Below, in pieces: positions 31,201 to 44,193 of a stretch of DNA of 64,000 bases (position 1 is the first letter of the stretch; every line of letters starts with the position of its first letter). Under the pieces are notes generated by a model, which was not told the DNA's origin, did no database searches, and was given only the letters and a program-made list of their open reading frames with translations. A program made the position numbers and the translations under genes. Source of the DNA: Podarcis bocagei (Eukaryota); the NCBI GenBank assembly GCA_964188305.1, contig OZ076889.1; one strand, 5' to 3'.

Positions 31201-34200
31201 AAACTCAGAAATACTTCAATGCAACATACCTTAGAGTAGTTATGTTTTGATTCATTTTCAAATTTGTGTATTTCTCTATCCAGCTCCCATCCTAATCTCT
31301 CTACTATAGTATCATCTCCATTCTCTCTTATCCTATTGACACCATCATCAATGTCTGAATTTCTGGTTTCCACAACAAGTCTCTGTTCTATAGCAGGATA
31401 GTAGGCTCGAGGTTTTTGGTAACAGTGTTCACTAGTGATATATGATTCCTCTACAGAAGGAATGGTTGAAGGTTTCTCAATGGTTCCATTAAAAGTTCTG
31501 TAACTTGAAGTCTCCTCTTTGCAACAGTTTTCATCAATATGAATGAGGCGTGTGCTGTGTGATTTTTCATCTACTTCAAGATGTTTCCAAGGCTGACACC
31601 AGAGCTTCAAGTCAGGATGTTCTTTGCTTCTGATGAAGAAAGTAAATAAGTGGAAGTCAAGACTAAAAACTTTTACAGACGATTCAGATGACCTACCCCT
31701 TTTCTCCAAGAACATCAGAAGTTTTCACTTCTGCTAAGATTAACCATGGTCAAGTGTGCAGTCAACTGTAGTCAATAAACTATGGTCAGCTTAATAAAAT
31801 ATGGTTTAAAGTTGGTTTATTTCAACTAACTATAGTTGAGATCAGTTTGTCTAGGATTGGATGGCATGGCCAGCTGTGGTTAATTTAAGATGAAAGTGAC
31901 AGTTTCTGAACTCTCCCGTTGCAGCTATACTAGAAGGGGGGGGCACGTGAGATGGAAGGTCACTGTGTCCAGTTCTCAAGATGGGTTAGCAGCAAGGACA
32001 CACTAGCCCATTACAAATTCAGATCTACAGTACAGAACGCCATACACAACAGAGATCTGCAGTGCTAACCACACTTCTTCAAAAATCTATCAGTATGATT
32101 CAAATGAGAACTTGCAAAAACAATGCTTACTGCAAAATGCTCATCTTCAGTTGAAGTCCATGCAGTACTTCTATCACTTTTTGCACATCGCCAAGAAGTT
32201 GGTGTGTAGCTACTATTTTCTTAGCATTCTGGTGGGAATAATTTTCTCCCAAAAATGTTAAGCCATGCATGTGACCACTGCACAACCACTCCTTCTCATA
32301 CCAGTATTTCAAACTGGATCTCTTACCTGAAGCAGAATAATGAGAGGGTAAGATTACAAAAGTAAATATATGAAAACTCTTGATCAAAAAATTCTCATAT
32401 TCTACTACTTAATCTTTATTCTCTTCCCCCGCTCCCCCAAATAATAGTAACTTCTAAAAAGGAATAGTACAAAGTCAACTTTAAAGTGCGATTGCAAAAG
32501 AAAAAAATCTACTCCCCACCCATTTGCTTCAAACAAGGATGACATTTAGTAATACTCAAATTCTCTCTTGGCTTTTAAAAAAATAGTGAATTGGATATCA
32601 TTTAACTAAAGTAAAAACTAGTGAGCATCAAAATGCAAGTCCTATGCTGCAGAATTTCATTTGAAGCCAGTCTAAGAAGGCTTGGAAGCTGGTAAAAGAC
32701 ACAAAGGATGTAATCAGATCTACACTAGCACACTGAACATAGTGGAACTTTCTTCTGTATACACACACACACAGAAATCTTTATCTGAAACTTAGTTAAC
32801 CACATCTTTGCACTTGAATATAAACACACAAAATCCTTGGCTCCAAGTGTGGAGAAAGCTACTGTTGCCACTGCACAAAAAACCTGTTTCCTTATGGCAA
32901 TGAAAAGATAGGTGCTGCTGTGACAGTGAGTTTGTTTTGGTTTCAGCAGCACCTTCCTTGTGAGGAGTGCAAGAGAAGGGAAAAGCCAGAATTGGGCTCG
33001 CCTGTTGCAGTGGTGTATTCTGGTCACCATCTCTACACAGCTGTTTCCTAGAGGCACAAGAACAGTTTTTTCCTTTTCAAAAGGTACAAATTATACTGGC
33101 AGAAATCATTTGGCTGAAAACAGGTCAGTTTAACCTCTTTTCCACATACTATTATATACAACTGTCATTGCAGTGAGGACCCAAAATTGCTCATTCTCCA
33201 TTCTCTTTTAGTGGAGAAGTCACATCTCCCCTTGAATATGCAAACAGAATAGGTTCTGTCTAGCAGGGAGATGGAAATTTGGCCGATAATAATGCATAAT
33301 GCATTTCCCAGAAGGTGTCAAGCTACCTCCCTGAGGGATACGATTGACTTCTGACTGGCTGGATACAGCCACCTGTCAATCAAGACCCAGCTAGGTCAGA
33401 AACTCTTCAAAAGATGACTGTTGCCAAACAGTCTCTTGTTCCTCAACTGACCATCTGCTGCTATATGTGAGGAGACCAGAAGCCCGTATCAAAGTAGCTA
33501 TATTGGAATAGATGAGACTTGAACTAAAATGTTCTTTTTGTTATTTTCTGCCTCTTCCATTTGCCCCCTTCCTTCCTTTTCTATTCTTAAGAATCTTCAT
33601 AAAATTTAGCTGTTGGGGTCCTGAATGCATTTGAGCCCAAACTCTCAGGGTTATTCCAACCTCTCATGTTATAGTCACTTGATTCATGCTGTGTGTGTGC
33701 TATGAGAGGGAGGAACAGATAAACTGGATGCAATCTCTGCTTCCCCTTTGCAAGCATCTGCCTTGGATCCCTGGGAACCATGCCCATCTGGGGTTACAAG
33801 GAACACGCTTTCTAGCCTCTGGCACTACTGGTCTCCCCAGAATGGCAGTCGTGGAACAAAGGGAGTAATAAGTTATTTACCTCACTTCCATTACAATCAT
33901 TGTAAGTGGCTTCATTTGGAATGCTCCAAACAGTATGAATTAAATGACAAGGAAAACAAAGTTCCATCTAATGTATCGCTTCAGATGTATAATAATGTAA
34001 ACTTGCAAATTAACAAGAGATAAGTCAGTAACAAAATCAAATAGGTCGTATTTAAAAGAGACAAGACAATAATAATAATAATAATTACTACATACTATTA
34101 GAAGACTCTGCAACCTTAGAAATCTTTGTACCTGGAGGATCTTGACAAATATAGCAGGTATATTTCTCAGGTACATTATCTTCTAATAGACCCATACAGA

Positions 34201-35442
34201 CTCCATGCTGCCAACAGAGACATTCTTCACACTGTTGTAAGTCAAATAAACAGAACTAGATCAATACAAAGTATGCATCACACACACACACACACAAACA
34301 AACAAACAAACACTTTAAAGGTATTTTAGAGGCCTAAATACATGGCTGTAAGTTGCTGGTGCATATTTCTTTTACAAACAGAATAAATGAAAAAGAAAAG
34401 AGTTATTATGGGAAATTATTCTTTTTTCCCTTAAACTGGAAAATTACAAACTATGCAACATGGAAATCAGGTAGCAAGAAAATTAATCAGGAAATATCAC
34501 GTCAATATATCTATAGAGAAATTATGTCAGAAGCAAAAACTTAAGTTTTCCCATGTGAATGTAACACCTTTGGAAGGAAAATACGACATATAGTCTTGTG
34601 TATTAGAACTAGTGGAGGCCAAATCGGCCCCAACACCTGCTGTATCAAACTAAGCATACCAAACTATTTCCCTCAATAAACTGAACTATTTCGAATCTAA
34701 TCCCATTTTTTCCTGTGTTATTAATGGATCTTCTGTTTCCACCAGGATCTTCTGGTCTTTCCCTCTTATGAATCTCAAAACTCTCAGCCTATTTATCTAA
34801 ACTGCTGCTCTAGCAGCAGTTGAATGGCTGGAATGTGAGCCAGATACCAGGAGACTTAGATATGTCATCCTCAGGACTATGTTAAATGAGAAGACTACAT
34901 CACTACCTGCTCCCAAGCCAGGCATCAGAATGGGAGAAGTAGGCCATCCTCTATCACTACCACCATTATAGTTAACAAGCCAGGTAAACTTGGATGGTAG
35001 GGAGGAGGGCTTATTTCTCCAGCTTCCTGAGTGAAGAATGCCTACCCCTTCTTTACACAAGCGAAGTACAGCCTTGAGTTACAGGGAGGGAGGACGCAAC
35101 ATGTTTGTACAGTAATGGAATTTTGGGGGTTTTCTTAGGAAGATTAAAAGAGCTCTATGTCATTCTAAAATCTTAAGAATTTGTTCTAAGTGCTACTACA
35201 TTAGCATTCACCTAAGCATGAATTGCACAAGCAAGGGTTACAGGTAAGAACAATTCAGAACATTCTTAGGGATAATATTTTCAACACAATAAAAGAAGTC
35301 AGAAAGTAACAGAAGAAGAGGCAAATGCAAACAATTAAAGTATTTCATATCTGACACCATCTACTCTATTCTAAAGCAATTTCAGGTAACAGTTAAGCTC
35401 CATAGCATCACCATTTTGGGGTTTGGTAATGAGAATTCTCTG

Positions 35443-35485
<43 letters not shown>

Positions 35486-38400
35486 ATCTATCCATCCACA
35501 CACATTATTATAAAACATGCACAAATGAATCTTCCTAATTAAGTACTGTTTGGGCACGCAGGAGAGCACTGCAATATATTTATTTATTTACAAATGTGCA
35601 ACCTAGACTTTCATGAAAATATAGCAAGGTAGAACCATACAGATCCATAAATATATCAATAAAACTTCAATATATACTTGATAATTACTTATGTGTTTCA
35701 GTTTACTTCATTACACTCACAATCTACAACCATGTACCTGAATCATAAAGTCATTTTCTTCCTCCACTTCACAAATGCACCGAACAATTTCAAAGTCATT
35801 ATCGTCGTATTCAAGATCCTCATCAGGATTAGTTGTTACATCAATGTCCTGACTGCAGTCATCGTCGCTCCAAAGCAAACTATCTGCAGATGACTCACTC
35901 AAGGTATCATCCTCTGTGTGCAAAGAATTTAATAGGAATAAAATCTGTGTAAGTAGTTCCAGAAAGCTGCCAAAGGAGATAGTCATTCTAAACAATGTTA
36001 GCAAAAGAATATCCATTGATAAGACTTTCACACATTCCAGATTATGCTTAAAATTGTGTTTCTGTGCCAGACTCGGATGCTTTGTTAAATTTGTATCCAT
36101 TACTAAACAAATGCGAGACATAAGGTAAAACCCAGCCAAACCCTCAATTTCTTGACTGAAAACTGGGCCAAGAAACAATGTAATAAAAGGAAGCCAGTCT
36201 CACTGAAATCAATGAAACTTGTATGCTTTGCTTTGACTGGATCATGTCAACATGCAACTACAACCCTACACATGCTTACTTTTTCTGTGGCGCTTGCCAT
36301 CAAGTAATAAGGACTTGCTCCTGGGTAACCATAGCTGCAAGGAAAGTTTCTGACACCAAGTATTTTCTCTGGCCATAGCCCAATAGTAATCTGCTTATAC
36401 TGCCTACTCATGGAAGCAATGGTTACACCACTTCCACCTACACAAAAACTGGTTCCTAAGGGGACACTAAACCAAAGAGATTCTAATGCTAGAGACCAGC
36501 ATGTAGTGGTTAGTTGCTTCTGTTCTCGAGGACTACAAAACTAAGCAAATGGATGGCAATCTGGATAAAAAACTAACCCAGGCTCAAGGATCGCCAGGGG
36601 CAGGAGAAAGGTTCAACCCCCAGATCAATAGTGCCCTTGGATGCTCTGACAATTACTCATTTGAGGAAAGTTCAAAGTGCTGCACTTGGTTGTTAACTGT
36701 ACCAAATCTACTCCAGAGTGTCCTGCAACCCTCAGGAGAATATTCTGTGAGCACATGGGGAGGAAAGGATGTCCACTCACACAACGTTCAATTTCACAAC
36801 TGCATGGCTCTTTAAGATATCATCTATGTTTTCAAGAGACAATAAAGTGCTGTTTATTTAAACTGGCTGTTTCTACTTTTCTTACACTGAACAAAAACAC
36901 TTATGAAAAACAGCTATTACAGCAGTGAGAACTTAGTAAGAGGAACAAAAAATGTAGTAAATATATTATATCCCTTATGACTATTATACCATTTTAACGC
37001 ACACAGAGAATAATGTGGGAAGCAACAGAAAAGTAGATTAAAGTAAGTGAGCAGAATAAATACAAAACTCCTCTCCAATAACAGACGTATGTGATTTTCA
37101 TGTTACACACACTTAATTTGTCACTGAGGTTTGGGATCTCTTTAGGTGGTTTGCAACAAAAAGTTCCAAGTTCCCTATTATTTCAATGAGTTTGCTCAGG
37201 AAATATTTAGATCTGGATCTAGAGATATAATTTCTCAATTTTTGTATCCAAAGTAATTTGCTGTGGATAACTTATTTTCAAATCTTCAGCTTTTTTAAAG
37301 ATGTCATATAGTGATTGAAATGGAAAATGCATTTAACTTCAAATTCTAATTTGCTTTAGAGTAGCAGTGGACATTACCTCTTATAAGTAGGTAAAGGTTG
37401 GTTTAAGATTAGAAAAATGTAAGTCACCTTTAAGCAGAAACCAAATCTAGAAGATTTCAGCCTGAAGGTTGAGCATTCTGGAAAGATACAAATGATTTAA
37501 ATGCAAGAATTTAGAATGGAAACTGGTGGAATCCAATTCATTTTAAAATAAGTATCAAGGACTTAATGTTCATAGATGAGTGGCTGATCTAGGAACAGTG
37601 AAGCAAGGAGTCGAATACACAAAAAAATGTTACTCTTCACAGTTGTTGTAAGAATGCTTTCAGATACTACTAAATACTATGAGACAGATCCAAAAGAAAA
37701 AACAGGAACCGACTTCCATATACAATTAGTTTACTTAAAGTGCTGCTCTCTTTACAAGATAAACAACCTTCTTTCCACAGTAGCCCACAAGTAATAAGGT
37801 GATCACTTGATCATTTTTTTCTGAGCTCACACACAAACACACCTGTATACCCCATGCTCATAACACAATACTTTTGTACGTCAAAGCTTTATAGGGGAAA
37901 CTAATGCAGAGGCAAGCGGTATTGTAGCACAAAGACTTTACCGGCTGATGCAGCCAGGGAGTAACTGGATCTTTTGTTAATACAAGTGAATATTTTCTAA
38001 TATATCTATAAACTATTAGTGTATAGAAGCATCAGATATTACTTAACAATACTTCTTTAAATTAACAGAGTCATATATTGAACGACTTATCTGCAAATTG
38101 GAGGAAATTATCAAGATTAAAGATTTATGATTAGGATGCCTTCTCCTTCACTGAAATAACTACACATGGACATGTCTAGATGTGCAACGGGACCAGGAAA
38201 AGAAAGCTGAGTGTCATTTTTAGCCATGTTCTTTCTGTATCAATGGTTGATGGTTCAAGGATGTTTATGGCAGCTACATAAAGTATAAACAATGCCTATT
38301 TTTTAGTGCTGACCCTTCTTCTTCAGGGCTGATCATATGGTCTGCTTTTTACTAATTACCTCTTACACAAACTTCATTTCAGCTTCAACAGTGTTTCACA

Positions 38401-41400
38401 GATGCTAGCAGTTGTGTATTAACATCTACTGCTGCTATTTAAGACCCCCGGATATTATCAGCCTTGCCATATTTAAGGCCCAGTTGAGTTTCTCCTGTCA
38501 TTGCTTCTTAGGCTGCAAGGCAAGCTTTTGCTGTGCTAGGCAGAGAATTTATCCCCGCCGGATATTCACCTTTATTCTTCTTTATTCACCTTAAAACTTC
38601 TTTCCTTAGTACTACCCTACACCTAAAAATCTGTGTAACCTTCAGGTGCTTCTAAAACATTTGTCCAATATTCATTGGTGGTTCCCCCTTTTCTACACTG
38701 TTGCTTAGTTCTGGCTATTCTAAGCCATCAACAAATGCAGAGAATGGACACATAGTACCCAACTGTCTAAAACAATGGCTGCATTCTGACATGTTAAGCC
38801 AAGCTTATCTTAGTAAAGCCATACTGTGCATTCGGCCCAATCACTCCTGCTTTTCTCCTCTTTTGGCACAGTAAACAATGAGGATAGCTTAGCTTTATGT
38901 GTGAACGCAGGACCATGGTTTGTTGGACTGTAACAAGCCACAATCAATAAGTCAACAACAAACCATGTTTTAAGAGTAGACAGTGATCAGGGCTTATTAT
39001 GAAGCAACAGACCATAATTTCATATTTGGATGTAACACCAAGATATCACCTTCCTGGTCTGCGTATCAACTCACGCCAGGAGAGGAGCAGAACAGAAGCT
39101 TTTTCACAGCAGAACTGGGTTGCATGCACTAGCATGAAGGTTTTGTACAGTAGTTATTAAATCAAGCTTCTTGACTTACTATTATGTGCAAACACACCAA
39201 ATTTAACACTTCTAAAGAGCAGAAAACTGGAAGAAAGGGGAAAGTTACAAAAACAAGCCAGGCTCAAGCAAACCTGCTAAGGAAGAATAACAAGAATCCC
39301 TTTAACTAAAACTGATAAATCAGTCTTAGGTCTTTGAGCTGGCATGTCTCTGCAAGGCAAATACATCATGCTTTATGATAATGTGTTGTTGCAGTAGTCA
39401 ATGTGCTCCATCCTAGGCAGCAAGTCTTTGCAAATTTTCAATTCCTTTACTAGCATTGCAAAGTTCTAAAGTGAAGACTATTGAGGTAGAAACTAAATCA
39501 ATCTCACCATTCGTTTTTGATTTGTGTTTACGATGCCCAGAATCAGCACCCTGCAGTTGCGTACTCGAATGTGCACAAGGCCGATTTGCTGAATTGTATC
39601 TCGTTGCAATGGCAGATCTCGTAGGGGAAAGCTCTTGGGGAAAGTCAACATTTTCTTCACTCCCTGAATGCTCTGTAAACATTAGGAAGTGTTAACACTT
39701 AAAAAAATGAATATACCCAAGATTCCATGGTTAAAGATTAACAGTACTATGTTTGCACTGGTTCTACACCTCTAACAAACAAGAAGTTAGTGTAGACAGT
39801 GTCCATACTTGTAGGCTCCTCTGCCTACAAGTTTAGACCCCCATCTACATTATTTGCCCATCACCAACAACCACTCCAGAATGCTAAGATGCTCTGCCCT
39901 CCATTCAGTAGGAGGCAGGCTCTCTTCTTAGAACAGGGGTGGGAAACCTGTGTTCTCCATATATTGTAGGACTAAATCTCTCAGTAACCAGATTACTGGC
40001 CATGCTGGCTGGAGCTAATGGGAGTTGGAGTCCAACAACATTGTCACAGAATACAAGCTTAATCAGAGGCTGGACTAATCTGCCTCGTCCTATGCTAGAT
40101 GCCATCATCACCTGTCTCTGAAGCAAACAGTGACACTTCTCTGTTAAAAAGACAATTGCATATATACTTGTTTACATTGATGTCCAGTGTAACATTGTCT
40201 TAGTAGTGTTTTCTGCTAAGAAAATGGCGTTGATCAAGAAAGTAAAGACAATTAAATGAAGCCATATCCCCCATTATTACCTGATTTTGTTTTCTTTTTC
40301 TTCTTTTTCTTCTTCTTTGATTTTGATCTTACAATGTCTCTGGGTTTTTTCTCCTTGTTCTTCTCCTTTTCTTTATTAGCTTAAGAGAATTTTAAAAATC
40401 TATATTATTTCTTACAGGATAAAATAGTAAGCATTTACTCAGATATACTCAGTGCTTTTTTTCTAAAAAATGTTTAGGGGTGCTCTCATTTTCCTACACA
40501 TATTGAAATACTGCCCCTCAATGAGGCCAAACTTAGATTCACAAAATGTTTAAGGGTATGTGAACCCATGCATCCCCCCAGAAACAAAACTACTGGGTGT
40601 ATTTATGCATGATTAGGGTGTTTCTAGATCAGTAGTCATGTAAAATTTCATTTTAGTCATCTGTGTGTGTTCCAGTACCAATCTCTACTCATAAATATGT
40701 GTTTCCCCCTCCTCCTCAAATTGCTGGCTCATTATATTGTGCTCCTAAAGGTTATACTTAATTTGCACAACTCCATGTTGTAAATTAAGTGATTAATAGA
40801 AAAATAACAAGCTGAATTTTAATGATTAAATGTAACTCAAGTGATTTGGGCTCATAAATGTAACTAGAGTGTTAAAGGCCAATTCAAAATAGTTAAGAGA
40901 AAGAATACTTTTGGCAAAACACTCACATAAGCAACCAGATGTCGTCCGTCGTCTATTAGAACATTCTTGACTGGCCTTTTCAGAAGCTACAGAGCCTCTT
41001 GTCTGAATGCTTCTTGTTGCTGGACTCTGTTGTGGTTCTGGTGACTTCTCAATACCATGAAAATACTTCATATGATAATGCAGCAGTTTGGCTTTCCGAA
41101 AGGATTTGGAACAATCCAAGAATTTGCATCTAAACTTGGGTTCATGTTCTATTGCAGCTTTTGAAACAGTAAAAACATCAGCTCTCTTTGAAGCAGTGGT
41201 TACTGTAAGAACACAAGATGTAAACTTAAGAAACACATGCATTTTAACTGTAACATACAGTGGTGCCTCGCAAGACGAAAAGAATCCGTTCTGTGATTCT
41301 CTTCGTCTAGCGGTTTTTTCGTCTTGCGAAGCAAGCCCATTGAAGGATTAGCAGATTAGCGCTATTAGTGGCTTATCTGCTGATCGGATCAGCTGATAAG

Positions 41401-44161
41401 CGGCTTAGCGGCTTAGAAAAAAGGGGGGAGGGGAAAAAACCAGCAGGAACTCGCAAGACATTGTCGTCTTGCGAAGCAAGCCCATAGGAGATTCGTTTTG
41501 CGAAGCACCTCCAAAACTGAAAACTCTTTCGTCTAGCGAGTTTTCCGTCTTGCAAGGCATTCGTCTTGCGGGGCACCACTGTACTAGCCTTGAGTAGACA
41601 TGTAAAGCCTTTTGCACAGTGGGTAATCAGGACTACACTGCCCAAAGCCCTTCAAACTAACTTTTAAAGAAGCCTAGCCTGAAAAATATAATTAGTAAAA
41701 ACTTAACCTGTAACAGATGCCCCTGAAATCTCCTGCAATTCAGGTGTAGAGGAAGGCTCTGCTGTATTTTCTTCCTTTAATCTGGTGTCATCTACTGAAA
41801 TCTGAGGTACTGAAGTCTGAGATACTTCGGAAGATGGAGGCAACTCTTCCTTAATCTTTTGGTCAGACTCAACACATGCTTCTAATGGGCCTAAAAGTCA
41901 AAAGAGTGGGTAAGCGAAGAATAGAACACACAGATACAAAACACTTAGGTTAACATAAAGTCTTTAACAGCCAAATCTACATTTTAAGTTAAAAACCTAA
42001 GAGAACTCAAGCAAGAAATAAACTAGAATGAGGGCCAACACTACATGTGACATTCAATGCAACTTTACAACTAATGTGCAGATTTTTGGGGGGAAAATAA
42101 GTTCAAGGGGTGGCTTATAATTAAAGACAGGCACTTATAAAATCAACTTGTTTACCTTCTACAACTTCTTTTGAGATAGATTCTGGCTCTTTTAAAGATC
42201 CAACTTCATCCAGTAGTGGTGCAATGAAGTCAGTATCTAAAGTTTCATGACTGCTACTGGTAGGATGTCTTGATCGTCTCTTTATAGAATCCTTTTCATT
42301 GTCCAGAGCATTTTTCAACTTTTCTTGCGCTAAAAATAATTTTAAGACCAATCAAATTTTAACATAATATTTTATCATAATATTTACATGTTTAATTCAA
42401 ATGCAACCTATTACACCACCAAAGGTATTTCACCAAACAGTTACATACATTCATATACACATAAAATTATACACAATGTATTGACCTTGTGGCAATTATC
42501 ATTCATCTTTAAGACCACATCCATTCTTCTTCATGTAACACAATTCCTCTTCCCTTCTGGCTTCCCCAGAAGCATGGATGTAGGTTCTCAGCCTCCAAAC
42601 CTATTGACTAGCAATAGCTTATTATTATAAATGGGCACTTTAAAAAAGGTATTATATCCACTGCCAATGGTTAGTGAAAGGCATGTTGTTCTTAGGGTCA
42701 AACACAGTCCAGTGAGAAGCAGTCTTTGAATTAATGGATCTTCTTGATGGTGCTGGGGGTTGTTACAGATAAGACAGCTGTGCCAGTGGACACAACAGGG
42801 TTTCCACTTTGTTTTCTCCTCTCCTCACCCCCTTTGCCCCACAAGCTACTTCAGAGGGTTCCCAAAGCCGTCAGAGCAGAGTTGAGGGGTGGGGGAGAGA
42901 GGAAGGGGAAGTCCCATATTTGTGAGTGGAAGTCTGCTGCACAATTGAGAAGACACCATTAGATATGTCCCATGTAGTATTTTTTTTAAAAAGAAATTAA
43001 ATAAATACTCAGGCAAATAGTGAACTACTCTTACTTTATATTTTATCCATAAATCTGCAAACTTTTCCCCTGACCCCTTTTGTCACCGTCACTGGCTCCT
43101 TCTGTTAGTAGGTGTTCCTAACAAGTATCTACACTATTAATCAATAAAGGTCATTAAAACGAACATGAGGGAAGTGACCAGCAGCTCTAAGCTACATGCC
43201 AAACTCAATATAGAAAGGGAAATGCCCAGTCCTTTCCCTTCATTATTGTTAAATTCTTTATTAAAGCATTTATCTCACTGTTCTAGTGTGAATACACACC
43301 ACTTAGGGCAGGTTATAAGATATAAAATTATGATTTCATAAAAATAATGTAAAACTATTGTAACAGAAAGTGGGTCAGCTGTTTAAAGATTGTAAGATCG
43401 TCTGTTGTGTGGAATAAAACTGACTCAATAGACCAAATATGAACAAGTCTGAATATTAGACTGCAATTCTTAGAGAATCAAATTCACTCACAGAACTTAA
43501 AGGCTAGTGCACTGGTCAGCTGAGAATATCCAGTCAGGAGAGCTGAATGCTGATGTACAATGATCAGCTTCTCCAGCTGACCCAAGTGCCATAAGTCTGA
43601 CCTCTCATGACGTCTAAATAGTTAGACAGTGATTCTCACACAAAAAAATTAAGGCTAGTACTTCAAAATTTTATTTTATATATTTACACACAGTTTTTTG
43701 ATCTAGCATTTCTAAGGTAGATCTCCAATAGATAATCCAATCCAATACAAGGTGATGGTGTGACATGTAATCAGTTTTGAGAAAATGTGATATTCAAGGC
43801 TCCCCCTCAGCTGTGTGTTGCACTTGATGCTATAGGTGTTAGAGGTCTGCCCTCAAGTATCAATCCTGCCCTGTGCCATTTCCATAAGCTGTATGTTACT
43901 GAAACAAAAGAGTTTCAGGAGAGGAAAAACAAACAAAACAAAAATGTTAAAGATTACACAATGCCTATCAAGCCAAATTATGCAGGAAACATGAGATTGA
44001 ACCTCATCAAAACAGGTACATCTCAAGTGTTCTCTGGATTTTTGTTTTTTTAAAAACTTATGTTTACTTTCTAAACTATTATTTATCTAAACGGATGAAA
44101 TGTATGCAAAAAAGCTAAAGTTACTCAAGCTAAGCATCCTCATACAATTCAGTTATTAAGC

Positions 44162-44193
<32 letters not shown>

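Noticed and set aside
31062-31715. 217-aa stand-alone ORF
   Set aside because: It is PHF20 exon 16 plus open intronic flanks.
36770-36830. Possible extra PHF20 exon ([14 protein letters not shown])
   Set aside because: The acceptor lacks a pyrimidine tract and the donor phase is incompatible with exon 13.
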